The notes below the pieces were generated by a model. It was not told the origin of the DNA. It ran no database searches and was given only the letters and a program-made list of their open reading frames with translations. Below, in pieces: positions 8,820-20,103 of a DNA stretch of 64,000 bases. This DNA is from a bacterium (lineage in GTDB: Bacteria; Krumholzibacteriota; Krumholzibacteriia; G020349025): positions 32,001 to 96,000 of the forward strand of contig JANLSU010000070.1 of the NCBI GenBank assembly GCA_031362565.1. Direction: 5' to 3'. The first letter of the stretch is position 1; each line of letters begins with the position of its first letter. Both the position numbers and the translations under genes were made by a program.

Positions 8820-10400
8820 ATGGAAAAGCTTCTCCTCGCACTGACGACCCTTGCCGCGGCGGTGCTGCTCGTAGCGGCGGTTGCGGCGATCCGCAGCGCC
8901 CGTCCGTTGCGCACCCGCCTCTTGGTGGCGTTCGTGGCGCTGGCACTCGTACCGTCGCTTCTGACGCTGGTCGCGTTGTGGCGTGAGTTGGCACCACCAG
9001 CGCGGCTGCGCGCCGCGCGCGGCGTCGAACGCGCCACCGAAGCGGCGCTCGGGCTGGCGCGCCATACGCTGGCGCTCCGCCATGCAACGGCGCTCGACGG
9101 CGCGACGACCGTGGCCGGTCGCCTGGCGATGAACGCCGATTCGATCCCGCCAGGACTCGATCGCATCGCGCCACCCGGTTGCGAAACACTCGTGTACGAC
9201 GTGCGGGCGCGGCGCTTGCGTGCAACGCACGGCGGCTGGACGCGCGCCGACGCGGAATGGTTCTTGGCGCAACCAGCGCTCGCATGGCCGGGCGCCAATC
9301 TTCCACCGCAGCTTCTGTCGACGCCGGATTCCGTCTCCGTCGTCATCGCCGTCGCCCGTGTTCCGGCGCGCCCCGACGAGCGGGTACTGGTCGCGGTGCC
9401 GATCGAGCCGCAGGAAGCGCGCGCCCTCGTCTCGGTGGTGGAAAGCGTTCGTCATTCGCAACGCCTCGACTTCTTGGAGGACCTGCGGCGCCGCACTGCA
9501 GCGCGCCTCATGGCGGTTTTCGCACTGCTGAACGTCGCGGCAGCGGTCGGGCTCGGCCTGCAGCTCGCGCGCCGTGTCACCCGTCCGATCGAACGCCTGC
9601 AGCGCGCATTCGAGTCCGTCGCCGGCGGCGACCTGGGACATCAAGTCGACCTTGGGCGCGACAGCGAGGGTGAGATTGGTGCATTGCTGCACGGTTTCAA
9701 CCGCATGAGCCGCGATGTGCAAGAGAGCAAATTCGAACTCGTGCGCGCCACACGGCTCGCCGCGTGGCAAGATGTCGCGCGCCGGTTGGCACACGAGATC
9801 AAGAATCCACTGACGCCGATCACCCTGTCGATCCACCGTCTGCGCGGCCGCATCGGCGCCGAGGATGCCGTCGTACGCGAATGCCTCGACACGGTGCTCG
9901 AGGAGACGTCGCACTTGGAACGGCTGGCGAATGAATTCTCCACTTTCGCGCGCTTGCCGAAGCCCGACCTGCGAACCATCGATCCGGTGCCGGTGTTGCA
10001 ACAGGTCCTCGACCTCTACTCAGCGCATCCGGGGATCGAAGTGCGGGCGGCCTTCGACGCCATGCCGGCGATCGTCGCCGACCGGGATCAAGTCCGCCAG
10101 GTGTTCACGAATTTGGCGAAGAACGCCGTCGAAGCAATGCCCGGCGGCGGCACGCTGCAGGTCGATTGGCATCGCGACGGTGAACGGATCACGATCGTTT
10201 TCGCGGATTCCGGCAGCGGCTTCGCGCCCGAAGCACTGGCGCATCTCTTCGATCCGACTTTCACCACCAAACCCACCGGCAGCGGCCTCGGTTTGGCGAT
10301 CGTGCGCCGCATCGTCGAAGACCACGGTGGCAGCATCGAGGTCGAGAACCGGACGCCGCGCGGCGCCCAAATTCGCGTCCGCCTCCGCGTCGCCATGTGA
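8820..10400 (+). CDS. NtrY-like membrane sensor histidine kinase (HAMP, HisKA, HATPase)
   Basis: TM segments, HAMP, AAWQDVARRLAHEIKNPLTPI, NLAKNA, DSGSG, FTTKPTGSGLGL. Confidence 0.92.
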   Translation: MEKLLLALTTLAAAVLLVAAVAAIRSARPLRTRLLVAFVALALVPSLLTLVALWRELAPPARLRAARGVERATEAALGLARHTLALRHATALDGATTVAGRLAMNADSIPPGLDRIAPPGCETLVYDVRARRLRATHGGWTRADAEWFLAQPALAWPGANLPPQLLSTPDSVSVVIAVARVPARPDERVLVAVPIEPQEARALVSVVESVRHSQRLDFLEDLRRRTAARLMAVFALLNVAAAVGLGLQLARRVTRPIERLQRAFESVAGGDLGHQVDLGRDSEGEIGALLHGFNRMSRDVQESKFELVRATRLAAWQDVARRLAHEIKNPLTPITLSIHRLRGRIGAEDAVVRECLDTVLEETSHLERLANEFSTFARLPKPDLRTIDPVPVLQQVLDLYSAHPGIEVRAAFDAMPAIVADRDQVRQVFTNLAKNAVEAMPGGGTLQVDWHRDGERITIVFADSGSGFAPEALAHLFDPTFTTKPTGSGLGLAIVRRIVEDHGGSIEVENRTPRGAQIRVRLRVAM

Positions 10401-10420
10401 GCGACGCTGGAGCGCCGCTC

Positions 10421-12544
10421 TTAGGGGGACTGCCTCAGAGCGGCGCCGGGCTCCGGAATCGCGAACCCCAAGCTGCGACTGGTGCGCTCCTCGGTCACCG
10501 GGTCGCGGATCTCGATGACCAGGGCGTAGGAGCCGGCCGCCAGGTCGCGGATGTCGACGGCGAGACTTTGCGGTTCCCGGTCGCGACGCGCCTGCAGTTC
10601 GAACGTCGATTCGACGGCGGCGCGGGGTTCGCGGCGGCCCGCGGTGGCAGCGCGGAATTGATTGCCAAAACGCCACGGCGGCGGCTGGACCTGGACGCGA
10701 TAGGTGACCGCGATCAGCCGCCGCGCCTCGAGCGCGGCGCACGACGGGTAGACCTCGAAATACACCCGCAACTGGCCATCGGTGACCAACGAGTCGACGC
10801 GCGGCACCACGACCGCCGTGGCGAGATCCGCGGCCGGCGGCTCGACGGACGGCGCCGTCATGTCTTCGAGCCGGCTCGAACGCCTACCGCCGGCTGCAGC
10901 CGCTGTCTCGTCGCGCAGTTCGTACGCCGGCAACAGATCGCTCATCTGCAGTGCATTCAGATTCGGTGGCTCGATCTCGAGCGGCCGTCGCGCTGCGGCG
11001 CGCCACCCGGGCGCCGTGCCGCTGGGGGTGCCGGTGATGTCGAGTGCCACCTCGTGCGCCGGCGGCGGCACATCGAACCGCACCCATCCGACCAGGCCGC
11101 CGGCGTCCCGGCGGGCGAACTCAGCCCGCTCCGGCGCGACCTCGGCACTCGCTGCCGCCTGGCCGGCAGTGCGCCATGCCGCCGCCCGAAGGTCGATACC
11201 TTTCGTCTCCGGTTCAGCATGCACTTCATACACCAGCGCCAGCGTCGTGTGGCCGTGAGCGGCGCGGAAGCGCGCCGCAAGGAAGTGCCAATACTGCGGC
11301 GCACGGCCAAGGTCGATGGAGGTGCGGTCGGGAGCCTGATCGAATGGTTCGCGAGCACTGAAATCATCGCCGGCGCCGCGCCGGACCAGCACGTAGTCGC
11401 CGTTCAAGTACTCGTCGAAGAACATGAAGGACATGGGGTCGCCGTCGATCTGCGGATAAATCCATTTCAAGATGCGTGAACCCGAGTCGCGCGTCATCTT
11501 GTCGGGCCGCCCCCAGCGCACATACACGACGCCGCGATCGGTTTCGTTCCCGGGCCGCCGGCGGCGCGCCGGCTCGAACCAAAAATCGGCTTCAATGATG
11601 CGCGCCACGTGCTCGATCAAGCGCTCGTTGACGAGAGTCGTGGGGGTCGGATCGCAGCGCCACCAATACTGCTCCGAGATCGAGTCGCGTTGGGACTGGG
11701 TGTAGAGACGATAGGCGCCGAGGCTATCGGGTGGCAGAACGCGGCCGGCGCCAGTCCACACGGCGCGATCGTCCGGCATCATGCAATCGAGGGCGCGCGT
11801 CAAACTCGCGGCCGCCGGCTCCGGCCGCCGGGCGCGTTCTTCGATCGCCGCCCCAAGGAGGGCAAAACGCGTTTCGCAGCCGGTCCGCGCCGCGACCGGC
11901 GCGCACAGGGCGCGGGCCGCATCGACGTCACCGCGCCCGAACAGTTGCAAGCAAGCGAGGCGATAGCGCACTTCGTCATCGTTCGGGTTGGCAGCGAGTG
12001 CACGCCGGAAGCAGCGCATGGTGCTGTCGCACAGCGCCGCCGACTCGAACTCTTCACGATAGTCCTGCAGCAATTCGAGTCCGAGCGTCGCCCACGCCGT
12101 GCCGAGGGTCGAATCGAGTGCCACCGCCCGCCCCAGCACTTCGATGCTCTCGTGGTGGTAGCCCTGCGTGTGCAGCACACCGCCGAGCGCTTCGCGGTAG
12201 ACGCCGTTCTGCGGCGCGCGCGCCACCGCATCGCGCAGCGCCTTGGCCGCCAAGGCGCGCGCTTCGGGGCTGCGGCCGCGGGCCTGCAGGCGGCCGAGAT
12301 GGAACAGGATGCGGTCGTCATGCGGGTGTTCGAAATGCGCTCGCTCGAGCAGCTTCAGCGCCGCCGCGCTGTCACCCAACGCGAGCGCGTCGAGTCCGTC
12401 GGCAAACAGAATGCTGCCACGCGCCGCGCCCATGCCGCAGCCCGCTTGCCCGCCGGCGGCAACGGCCACCGCAGTCACGAGCCCGGCGGCGCAAGCGACA
12501 CGCCGCCATGCCCGCCAACGAGTGTGTCGCGAACCGATTTGCAT
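10421..12544 (-). CDS. GWxTD-domain protein with N-terminal TPR repeats (exported)
   Basis: Hydrophobic N-terminus, TPRs, YWWRCDPTPTTLVNERLIEHVARI...GNETDRGVVYVRWGRPD, C-terminal Ig-like beta region. Confidence 0.8.
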   Translation of the reverse strand: MQIGSRHTRWRAWRRVACAAGLVTAVAVAAGGQAGCGMGAARGSILFADGLDALALGDSAAALKLLERAHFEHPHDDRILFHLGRLQARGRSPEARALAAKALRDAVARAPQNGVYREALGGVLHTQGYHHESIEVLGRAVALDSTLGTAWATLGLELLQDYREEFESAALCDSTMRCFRRALAANPNDDEVRYRLACLQLFGRGDVDAARALCAPVAARTGCETRFALLGAAIEERARRPEPAAASLTRALDCMMPDDRAVWTGAGRVLPPDSLGAYRLYTQSQRDSISEQYWWRCDPTPTTLVNERLIEHVARIIEADFWFEPARRRRPGNETDRGVVYVRWGRPDKMTRDSGSRILKWIYPQIDGDPMSFMFFDEYLNGDYVLVRRGAGDDFSAREPFDQAPDRTSIDLGRAPQYWHFLAARFRAAHGHTTLALVYEVHAEPETKGIDLRAAAWRTAGQAAASAEVAPERAEFARRDAGGLVGWVRFDVPPPAHEVALDITGTPSGTAPGWRAAARRPLEIEPPNLNALQMSDLLPAYELRDETAAAAGGRRSSRLEDMTAPSVEPPAADLATAVVVPRVDSLVTDGQLRVYFEVYPSCAALEARRLIAVTYRVQVQPPPWRFGNQFRAATAGRREPRAAVESTFELQARRDREPQSLAVDIRDLAAGSYALVIEIRDPVTEERTSRSLGFAIPEPGAALRQSP

Positions 12545-12624
12545 GCCGTCATGGTAGGTGGTGCGGGGGTGGCGCGCAACCGCCGCACCTTGGATATCGG
12601 CTACAATGCGGCGAGGGAGGACGC

Positions 12625-14016
<1,392 letters not shown>

Positions 14017-14025
14017 TCGGTTCCC

Positions 14026-14061
14026 GTCGTCACAACGACAGCCGCCGGTGTCGTCTCGACA
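14026..14061. promoter_or_regulatory. tandem palindromes, candidate activator binding sites
   Basis: GTCGT-CACA-ACGAC (14026-14039) and TGTCG-TCT-CGACA (14049-14061), about 90-125 bp upstream of a -24/-12 box. Confidence 0.45.
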
Positions 14062-14150
14062 TCCGGCTCACTTCCAGTCCGGCCCACCGCCTGTTGCATA
14101 ACTTCCTGTCAATACGATCCTTCCGCAAAACGCCTCGGGACTTCCGCCGA

Positions 14151-14166
14151 GGGCACACCGAATGCT
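14151..14166 (+). promoter_or_regulatory. sigma-54 promoter for the CBM48-Omp85 gene
   Basis: GGGCACACCGAATGCT: GGCAC with GG-N10-GC spacing. Confidence 0.65.
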
Positions 14167-14280
14167 TTATGGGCCTGGCGAGCGGGTCCGCGAACACGCT
14201 CTCGTTTAGTCAACCGACACCCACGGGACAGATCCCCTCCGGCGGACCCGCTCACCGAATACTTGGCAGGAGGACCGTAC

Positions 14281-15783
14281 GTGCGCCGCAGCAAACTCCA
14301 AGGGTCCCTCACCGCACTGGCGCTCGCCGCCGGATGCGCGCTTGCGGGCCGCGCCGTCGCCTCCGATCTCGGTCTCGACGACTTGTTCCCCCATGCCCAC
14401 TCCGGCCGCGTCGTGTTCAGCGTCGAAGCCCCCGAGGACGCTGCCGTGTCGCTCGTTGGTGACTTCAACCACTGGGACGACAAAGCGACGCCCATGCGCC
14501 ATGTCGGCCGCGGATTGTTCGAAGTCGCGATCGAGCTCGAGCCGGGCGGCCATTCGTACAAGTTCGTCGTCGATGGCCGCCGGCGTCTTGACGCTTCGAA
14601 CCCGGAAGAAGTCAGCGATGCGGACGGCGCCGTCAATTCGCGCCTGACGGTGCTCGACAACGGCCGCGTGTCCGAGCGCAGTCACTGGCAACACCATCCG
14701 CGCCGCCGCCGTGACGTCGGCATCCCCTATTCGCATGCGAACTTCGAAGTCAACGGCAACATGTCGTTCAATCGCGTCGACGGCACCAGCCTGTGGCTCA
14801 AGCCGTCGTACCGCGCCACCGACGACTACACGCCGGAGTTCGATGCGTCGTTCGGCTACGGCTGGGAAAGCGAACGCATGACGATCGATGCGGACTTCGC
14901 GCAGCCGGTGGCTCCGAACCGCCTGGTGTTCGTCGGGCTCCACTTGATGGACGGCACCGCCTACGACAATCAGTCGGAAGTGGGCATCGGCGAGAACACC
15001 ATGGCAGCGCTGCTCTTCAAGCACGATTTCAACGATTACTACGACGTGCGCGGCGTGGAGCCTTATGTGCGACTCCACTTGCCCATGCGCTCGACACTGC
15101 GGGTCGCGTACGCATCCGAGGACTACTCGAGCCTGGCGTCCGAGACCCAGTGGAGCTTCTTCAAGGCAGGCCGCGATCGTTTCCGTCCCAACCCACACCT
15201 CTTCTTGCTCAGCGACCCGGACGGATTCGGCGGCGAGGGACGCTTGAGCGCGACGCGCTTCGAACTGATCACCGACACGCGCCGCGCCCGGCATGTCGGT
15301 ACGGTCGGCTTCTACGGCCGCGGCTTCTTCGAAGTGGGTGGCGGCGACTTCGACTACGCGCGCTGGATCGCCGATGGCCGTGCCTACATGCGGCTCGGCC
15401 GCCCGGTCCACTTGGCGGTGCGGGTGCGCGGTGGAGCACGCGTGGCGGGCGATGCGATTCCGTCCCAGAAGCTCTTCTATGTGGGCGGGCTCGGCACGGT
15501 CCGCGGGCATGCGTTCCGCGCCCAGTACGGCGACCGCGAACTGCTCGGTAACCTCGAATACACATTTCTGTTCGACCGGATGAATCACGGTGCGGTCGTT
15601 TTCTACGACGCCGGCACCGCTTGGAACTCGGATCAGGCGCATTGGCGCGACACCGATGTCCTGCAAGCGATCGGTTTTGGCTTCAAGAGTTCGGACGACG
15701 ATTTCCAGGTCAACATGGCCAAGCCGATTGGCCAGTCGAAGGGTGCGATCGAGACGACGGTGCGGTTGAACAGAACGTTCTGA
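14281..15783 (+). CDS. outer-membrane protein: signal peptide + glycogen-binding CBM48/AMPK-beta-like domain + Omp85 (BamA/TamA)-like barrel
   Basis: AGGAGG RBS with GTG start; VSLVGDFNHWD...YKFVVDG...D.SNP; YVGGLGTVRG (Omp85 loop-6 VRG motif); FYDAGTAW; terminal Phe. Confidence 0.8.
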   Translation: MRRSKLQGSLTALALAAGCALAGRAVASDLGLDDLFPHAHSGRVVFSVEAPEDAAVSLVGDFNHWDDKATPMRHVGRGLFEVAIELEPGGHSYKFVVDGRRRLDASNPEEVSDADGAVNSRLTVLDNGRVSERSHWQHHPRRRRDVGIPYSHANFEVNGNMSFNRVDGTSLWLKPSYRATDDYTPEFDASFGYGWESERMTIDADFAQPVAPNRLVFVGLHLMDGTAYDNQSEVGIGENTMAALLFKHDFNDYYDVRGVEPYVRLHLPMRSTLRVAYASEDYSSLASETQWSFFKAGRDRFRPNPHLFLLSDPDGFGGEGRLSATRFELITDTRRARHVGTVGFYGRGFFEVGGGDFDYARWIADGRAYMRLGRPVHLAVRVRGGARVAGDAIPSQKLFYVGGLGTVRGHAFRAQYGDRELLGNLEYTFLFDRMNHGAVVFYDAGTAWNSDQAHWRDTDVLQAIGFGFKSSDDDFQVNMAKPIGQSKGAIETTVRLNRTF

Positions 15784-16019
15784 CGCCGCGCCATCAGAAG
15801 AGAACGCTGCGGGGGGCCGGTTGGAGAAGGACGAGCCCTCGGGCCGGGCGCGTCATGTGCTGGCCTCCCCTGGCGACACGCGCCCGCCGGCAATGCCGGC
15901 GGGCGTGTTGCTTTCAGGCGCTGGATTGGGCGTGCATCGGCGCCGACGATCCCCGTGCTAGACTGCCACCTTCGTGACGTGAGTCTTGAAAACACGGACA
16001 CGGCGCGAAGGGCAGCTTG

Positions 16020-16724
16020 GTGAAGGCTCCGGCGTTTCTGACCGCGCTGATGATTCTTGGCGCTGCGGTCTGCACGGCGAATGCGACGCAGGTGCGCATC
16101 GAGCGCATCGGCGCGACCTCGCAGAGCTACGTGTTCGTCGATTACAGCGTCGACAACCCCTTCGAAGACAAAACGCTCGAGGCGATCCGCTCGGGCCTCC
16201 CGAGCACCCTCACTTACACCATCGAAGTTTGGCGCCAACGGCCCGGCTGGTGGGACAAGCTCGAGGAAGCGCGCGAGTTCCAGTTCCGGGTGCTGCGCGA
16301 CCTGCTGAACGATCAATACGTGCTGGCTTCACGCGAAGATGTGCGGCGCTTCCCGGGCCTCGATTCGCTGTCGGTCGTCGCCTGCGCGCACCGGCGTGAG
16401 TACCTGCGGCCGCTGGCGCCGGACAAACCGTACTACGTGGTGGTGAGCGTCAACTTGGCACCGCTGTCGATCGACGACCTGCGTGAACTCGAGACCTGGC
16501 TGCAAGGCACGATCCGCACCGGCGAGGGCGAACGCGGCGGCATCACCGGGCTCTCCGGCACGATGGTCGGCATGCTGTTATCGGCGACGGGATTCGGCGA
16601 TCAAACGGTTCGCCGCCGTTCGGTGACCTTCGTACCCCAGGAGTTGCCGCGCGTCCAAGGCGTCGAACCGCGGGCGATCGCCGGCAGCGGCCGCGACAGT
16701 TCGGGGACGCGCCACGCTCCTTGA
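16020..16724 (+). CDS. DUF4390-family exported protein
   Basis: Signal peptide; EAIRSGLPSTLTYTIEVWRQRPGWWD...DLLNDQY pattern. Confidence 0.7.
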   Translation: MKAPAFLTALMILGAAVCTANATQVRIERIGATSQSYVFVDYSVDNPFEDKTLEAIRSGLPSTLTYTIEVWRQRPGWWDKLEEAREFQFRVLRDLLNDQYVLASREDVRRFPGLDSLSVVACAHRREYLRPLAPDKPYYVVVSVNLAPLSIDDLRELETWLQGTIRTGEGERGGITGLSGTMVGMLLSATGFGDQTVRRRSVTFVPQELPRVQGVEPRAIAGSGRDSSGTRHAP

Positions 16725-16746
16725 CACCCGCCAGGCGGGCGCGCGT

Positions 16747-17367
16747 TCAGGTGAGCGCGGCGGCGGCGGCGGGGAAATTCGCGGCGAGCCGCTGGCGCAC
16801 CGCGGCGCGCAGATCACGGCTCACCGCCGCTGCGGCCTGCGCCCCGTCCACGACCGCCCACCCGTCACGGGTCGCGAGGCGCGTGTAGTGGGAGCGTGCT
16901 TCTTCGAGCAACCGCATGTCGCGTTCGTAGTCGTCGCGGCCGCTGGCCTTGCGGCGGTAGGACTCCGCCGGCTGGATATCCACGAGAATGGTGAGGTCGG
17001 CGCCGAGCAGGCCCCTCTCGAGGCCACGAAGCCACGTTTCGTCCAGGCCCTGTGACAATCCATAGACCACGTTCGAAGCCGTATAGCGGTCGACGCAGAC
17101 AAGCGCGTTCGCCTCACACAGATGGCGCAGCTCGGTATCTTTTTCCCAACGATTGGCGGCGAACAACATGGCACGCGTGCGGGCGTCGCTGGCAATGCCA
17201 TCGCTCAGCAAGGAGCGGATGAGACGGCCGATCGGCGTTTCGTAGTCCGGATAGTGGCGCACTTCGGACCGCAGACCGCCGGCCGCGAGCGCTGACTGCA
17301 GCGATCGCGCTTGGGTTTCCTTGCCCGCTTGATCGATCCCCTCGAGCACAACGAGTGCGCCGCGCAT
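16747..17367 (-). CDS. tmk: thymidylate kinase
   Basis: LVVLEGIDQAGKETQ P-loop, LFAANRWE, VDRYTASNVVYG. Confidence 0.9.
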   Translation of the reverse strand: MRGALVVLEGIDQAGKETQARSLQSALAAGGLRSEVRHYPDYETPIGRLIRSLLSDGIASDARTRAMLFAANRWEKDTELRHLCEANALVCVDRYTASNVVYGLSQGLDETWLRGLERGLLGADLTILVDIQPAESYRRKASGRDDYERDMRLLEEARSHYTRLATRDGWAVVDGAQAAAAVSRDLRAAVRQRLAANFPAAAAALT

Positions 17368-17473
17368 ACGGTGCGTCCATCCGGTGTGAGTTACGAGCGT
17401 GCGGGACCGCAGCAGAACTGCGGCCGGCGACACCCTAACACCGGGCAACGGGTCGCGTCCAGGGGAGGCGCAT

Positions 17474-18508
17474 TCAGCGCACAAGAAGCATTTTGGCGGA
17501 GAATGTCCGGTTGGCGTAGTCGAGCCGCGCGAAATAAACCCCGCTCGCGACCGGCGTACCGGTCTCGGCGCGGCCGTCCCACGCCAACCGCAGCAGGCGC
17601 GATCCGGGGGTCTGCGCGTACAGGTGGCGGACTTCGCGGCCCTGCGCATCGAAAACCCGAACGGTCGCCGGCAGCGCCGGCGCCGCCTCGAAGTCGACGC
17701 GAATCTCGGTCGAGGGGTTGAACGGATTCGGCGCCGCCGTCAGGCGCGCCACGACTCCGGTGGCGCGCATTTCGCAGAGCCCGCGGACGAAGGCTTCGAG
17801 TCCCTCGACATCGCCCGGCAGGGCAAGGTCCTCGTTCTCGATGCTGCCGCTGTAGTTGGCGCGCGTACCGCCGAACAGATAGCGGAAGTCTTCGGCAAAG
17901 ATCTCGTGCGGACGGTTCTTGTGCACGCCGGCCGCCGCGTAGGTGCGAGTGTCGGCGATCCCGCGGCGGGTCGCATAGTCGTGCCATAGCGGCGCATCGC
18001 GATCCGACATCCAGCGATACTGATACACGTGTCCGACTTCGTGGGTGATGGTGAAGTGCACCGCGTAGTCGCTCACCTCGCGCACGCCGGGCGACAGGAA
18101 GACCATGCCTTCGCGGGCGGAACTGTCGAGGATGCTGCGGCGCGGATAGGGCAGAACGAAGACCTCGACTTGCAGATCGGCGTTGGTAAGACGGATGGCG
18201 CCGATCGCGGCCGCCACAGCCTCCACCGACATCGGATGGAAGGCGCCGTCACCGTGGTTCGGGAGGACCGGGTCGCCGGCACTCGTCACCAGGTCGTACT
18301 GCAGGCCGGAATCGACCACGAGCCGCGCCGCGCTGCCGTTGCGGACGATGCTGGACGCCAACAGATCCTCGGGCCGGTGGATCGTGGCGTCGATGCCGTT
18401 GTCGAAATGCACATGGAGCGGCGCTGCTCCCGCACGCGGCGCCAGGCCGCAAGCGAGGAACACCAAAGCCAATCGGCGAGCGCACGCGCCAAGCGAAGAA
18501 AAGTGCAT
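17474..18508 (-). CDS. secreted HExxH zinc-metallopeptidase-like protein with C-terminal FlgD-Ig/T9SS-like domain
   Basis: Signal peptide; ITHEVGH...HEIFAEDF; PNPFNPSTEI...VFDAQGREVRHL...WDGR...VASGVYFARL. Confidence 0.75.
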   Translation of the reverse strand: MHFSSLGACARRLALVFLACGLAPRAGAAPLHVHFDNGIDATIHRPEDLLASSIVRNGSAARLVVDSGLQYDLVTSAGDPVLPNHGDGAFHPMSVEAVAAAIGAIRLTNADLQVEVFVLPYPRRSILDSSAREGMVFLSPGVREVSDYAVHFTITHEVGHVYQYRWMSDRDAPLWHDYATRRGIADTRTYAAAGVHKNRPHEIFAEDFRYLFGGTRANYSGSIENEDLALPGDVEGLEAFVRGLCEMRATGVVARLTAAPNPFNPSTEIRVDFEAAPALPATVRVFDAQGREVRHLYAQTPGSRLLRLAWDGRAETGTPVASGVYFARLDYANRTFSAKMLLVR

Positions 18509-18639
18509 GGGATTTTTCGCGACGAATCGAACCAGGCGCCACGGCAGCCGCGGGTGACGCGGGGCGGAGCGGCCTCAGAAGCAGCAGTCGGGCGGATTTA
18601 GTGGCGGCCGGGAGAGCCACCGGAGACAAAGACGTCTTC

Positions 18640-18655
18640 CGCAAGCGACATGCCT
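18640..18655 (-). promoter_or_regulatory. sigma-54 promoter upstream of the HExxH/FlgD gene
   Basis: Minus strand AGGCATGTCGCTTGCG (GG-N10-GC with TTGC); IHF-like CAAGCTATTGGTA about 60 nt upstream. Confidence 0.6.
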
Positions 18656-18833
18656 TCCATACAGGCCGGTTGGGACCCTTTTCGGGCCCCGGCCCTGCAC
18701 TGGAACTGACTTTATACCAATAGCTTGCGTGGATTGGCCTGGGGCGCGATCAAACTCGGTGGGCCGGGGCCCCCGTGAAAGGGCGCCTTTTGACGCAGCC
18801 GCCCTTGGATTCGGCGCGGCGAACGCCCCATCT

Positions 18834-19979
18834 TTAGCCGCCGGCGACGGTGGGTACCGCGGCCACGGCCTCGGGCCGGCCGCTCCAGCGCCACAGCACG
18901 AGGGCCCCAAGCCCACCGGCCACGGCAGCAACCTCGACCGCGATGTCGGCGGCCTCGAAGCCCACCGCCCAGCGGCCTTCGGGTGACAGGATGCGCAGCA
19001 GGTCGCCGCAAAGTTCGGGAATGCGCAGGCACACGAGGCCCAGCACGACGCTCGACCACACCGCGCGGCGCGAGCCGGTCGCCGGCCGCGCCTGGCGCAG
19101 CCAGCGCGCCGCGCGCACGCCGACGAGCGCCGCACCGACTTGCATCGCGACCACGACGGTCAGCAACGCCGCAATCAGCAGCAAGAGCGCGACGGGCACG
19201 CCGACCAGAGTCAGTGCGAACAGAAAGGCGACGACGATCGTCGTGAACACGCCGCCGGGCAACGTCAGCAAGCCGAGCCCGATACAGGTGAAGGGGGTAG
19301 CGTCGAACGTCGCCCGCGCGTCGTCGAGCCGCGAGGCCAAGAGGGCGCACACCGGCACCGCGAGCAGAATGAGCAGCGCGAGTTTGATGCAATCGGACAG
19401 AAGTTCACCGACCTGGCGGGCCCGCGGCGACGCGAAACGCTGCAGAAACGGGGTCGAAAATACACTCAGACTGACCACGCCACCGCGCACCTCGGAGCCC
19501 GGAGCGCTGTTGGCACGGCCGGCCACGGCCACCGCACCACCGTGAATGTGCGCTGTCGGCCCGACATCGATGTCGCCACCCAACACCACCGCGCCGCCCA
19601 GGATCTCACCGTCGACCCGCAGGTTTCCGCCCACAAGCACCACGTCGCCACGGACGATTTCGTCGGCGTTCACATGGACGTTCTGCCCGACGCGCACGAG
19701 CTCATAGGCAGCGGTCTTGCGATGTGGCAGCGCATCGGGGCGCCCGGCGCCGGTCGCGCCACGGCGCGATCCAGTCTCGGATGCGGGTGCAAGAGAAGTG
19801 TCGGGAGGCCCCGTCGCCGTCTGCACCGAGTCGATGCCCGCTGCAACCGGCGGTTTGGAGGCCGGCTTGTTCGGGCGCGGCTTGTTCTCGTCGAACGCGA
19901 CGGCCCGGCGTGCAACGAGGCATGCCACGAGTACGACGGCTACGAGCACCGCACGTCCGACGCCAGACCGTCGCTGCAC
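18834..19979 (-). CDS. membrane protein with bactofilin-like (polymer-forming) beta-helix and C-terminal TM bundle
   Basis: Signal-like N-terminus; VRGDVVLVGGNLRVDGEILGGAVVLGGDIDVG repeats; about 5 TM helices. Confidence 0.65.
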   Translation of the reverse strand: MQRRSGVGRAVLVAVVLVACLVARRAVAFDENKPRPNKPASKPPVAAGIDSVQTATGPPDTSLAPASETGSRRGATGAGRPDALPHRKTAAYELVRVGQNVHVNADEIVRGDVVLVGGNLRVDGEILGGAVVLGGDIDVGPTAHIHGGAVAVAGRANSAPGSEVRGGVVSLSVFSTPFLQRFASPRARQVGELLSDCIKLALLILLAVPVCALLASRLDDARATFDATPFTCIGLGLLTLPGGVFTTIVVAFLFALTLVGVPVALLLLIAALLTVVVAMQVGAALVGVRAARWLRQARPATGSRRAVWSSVVLGLVCLRIPELCGDLLRILSPEGRWAVGFEAADIAVEVAAVAGGLGALVLWRWSGRPEAVAAVPTVAGG

Positions 19980-20103
19980 GATTTCGCCCCCGGATCTCGA
20001 GACAGAATCCCAACGCGATGGCCGCGTCGGCGCGGCGCCCGCTTCCCCGATCGAGAATACGCCGGGATGGGGGGCGGGTTGCGCCACAAAAGGTCCGAGT
20101 CGG

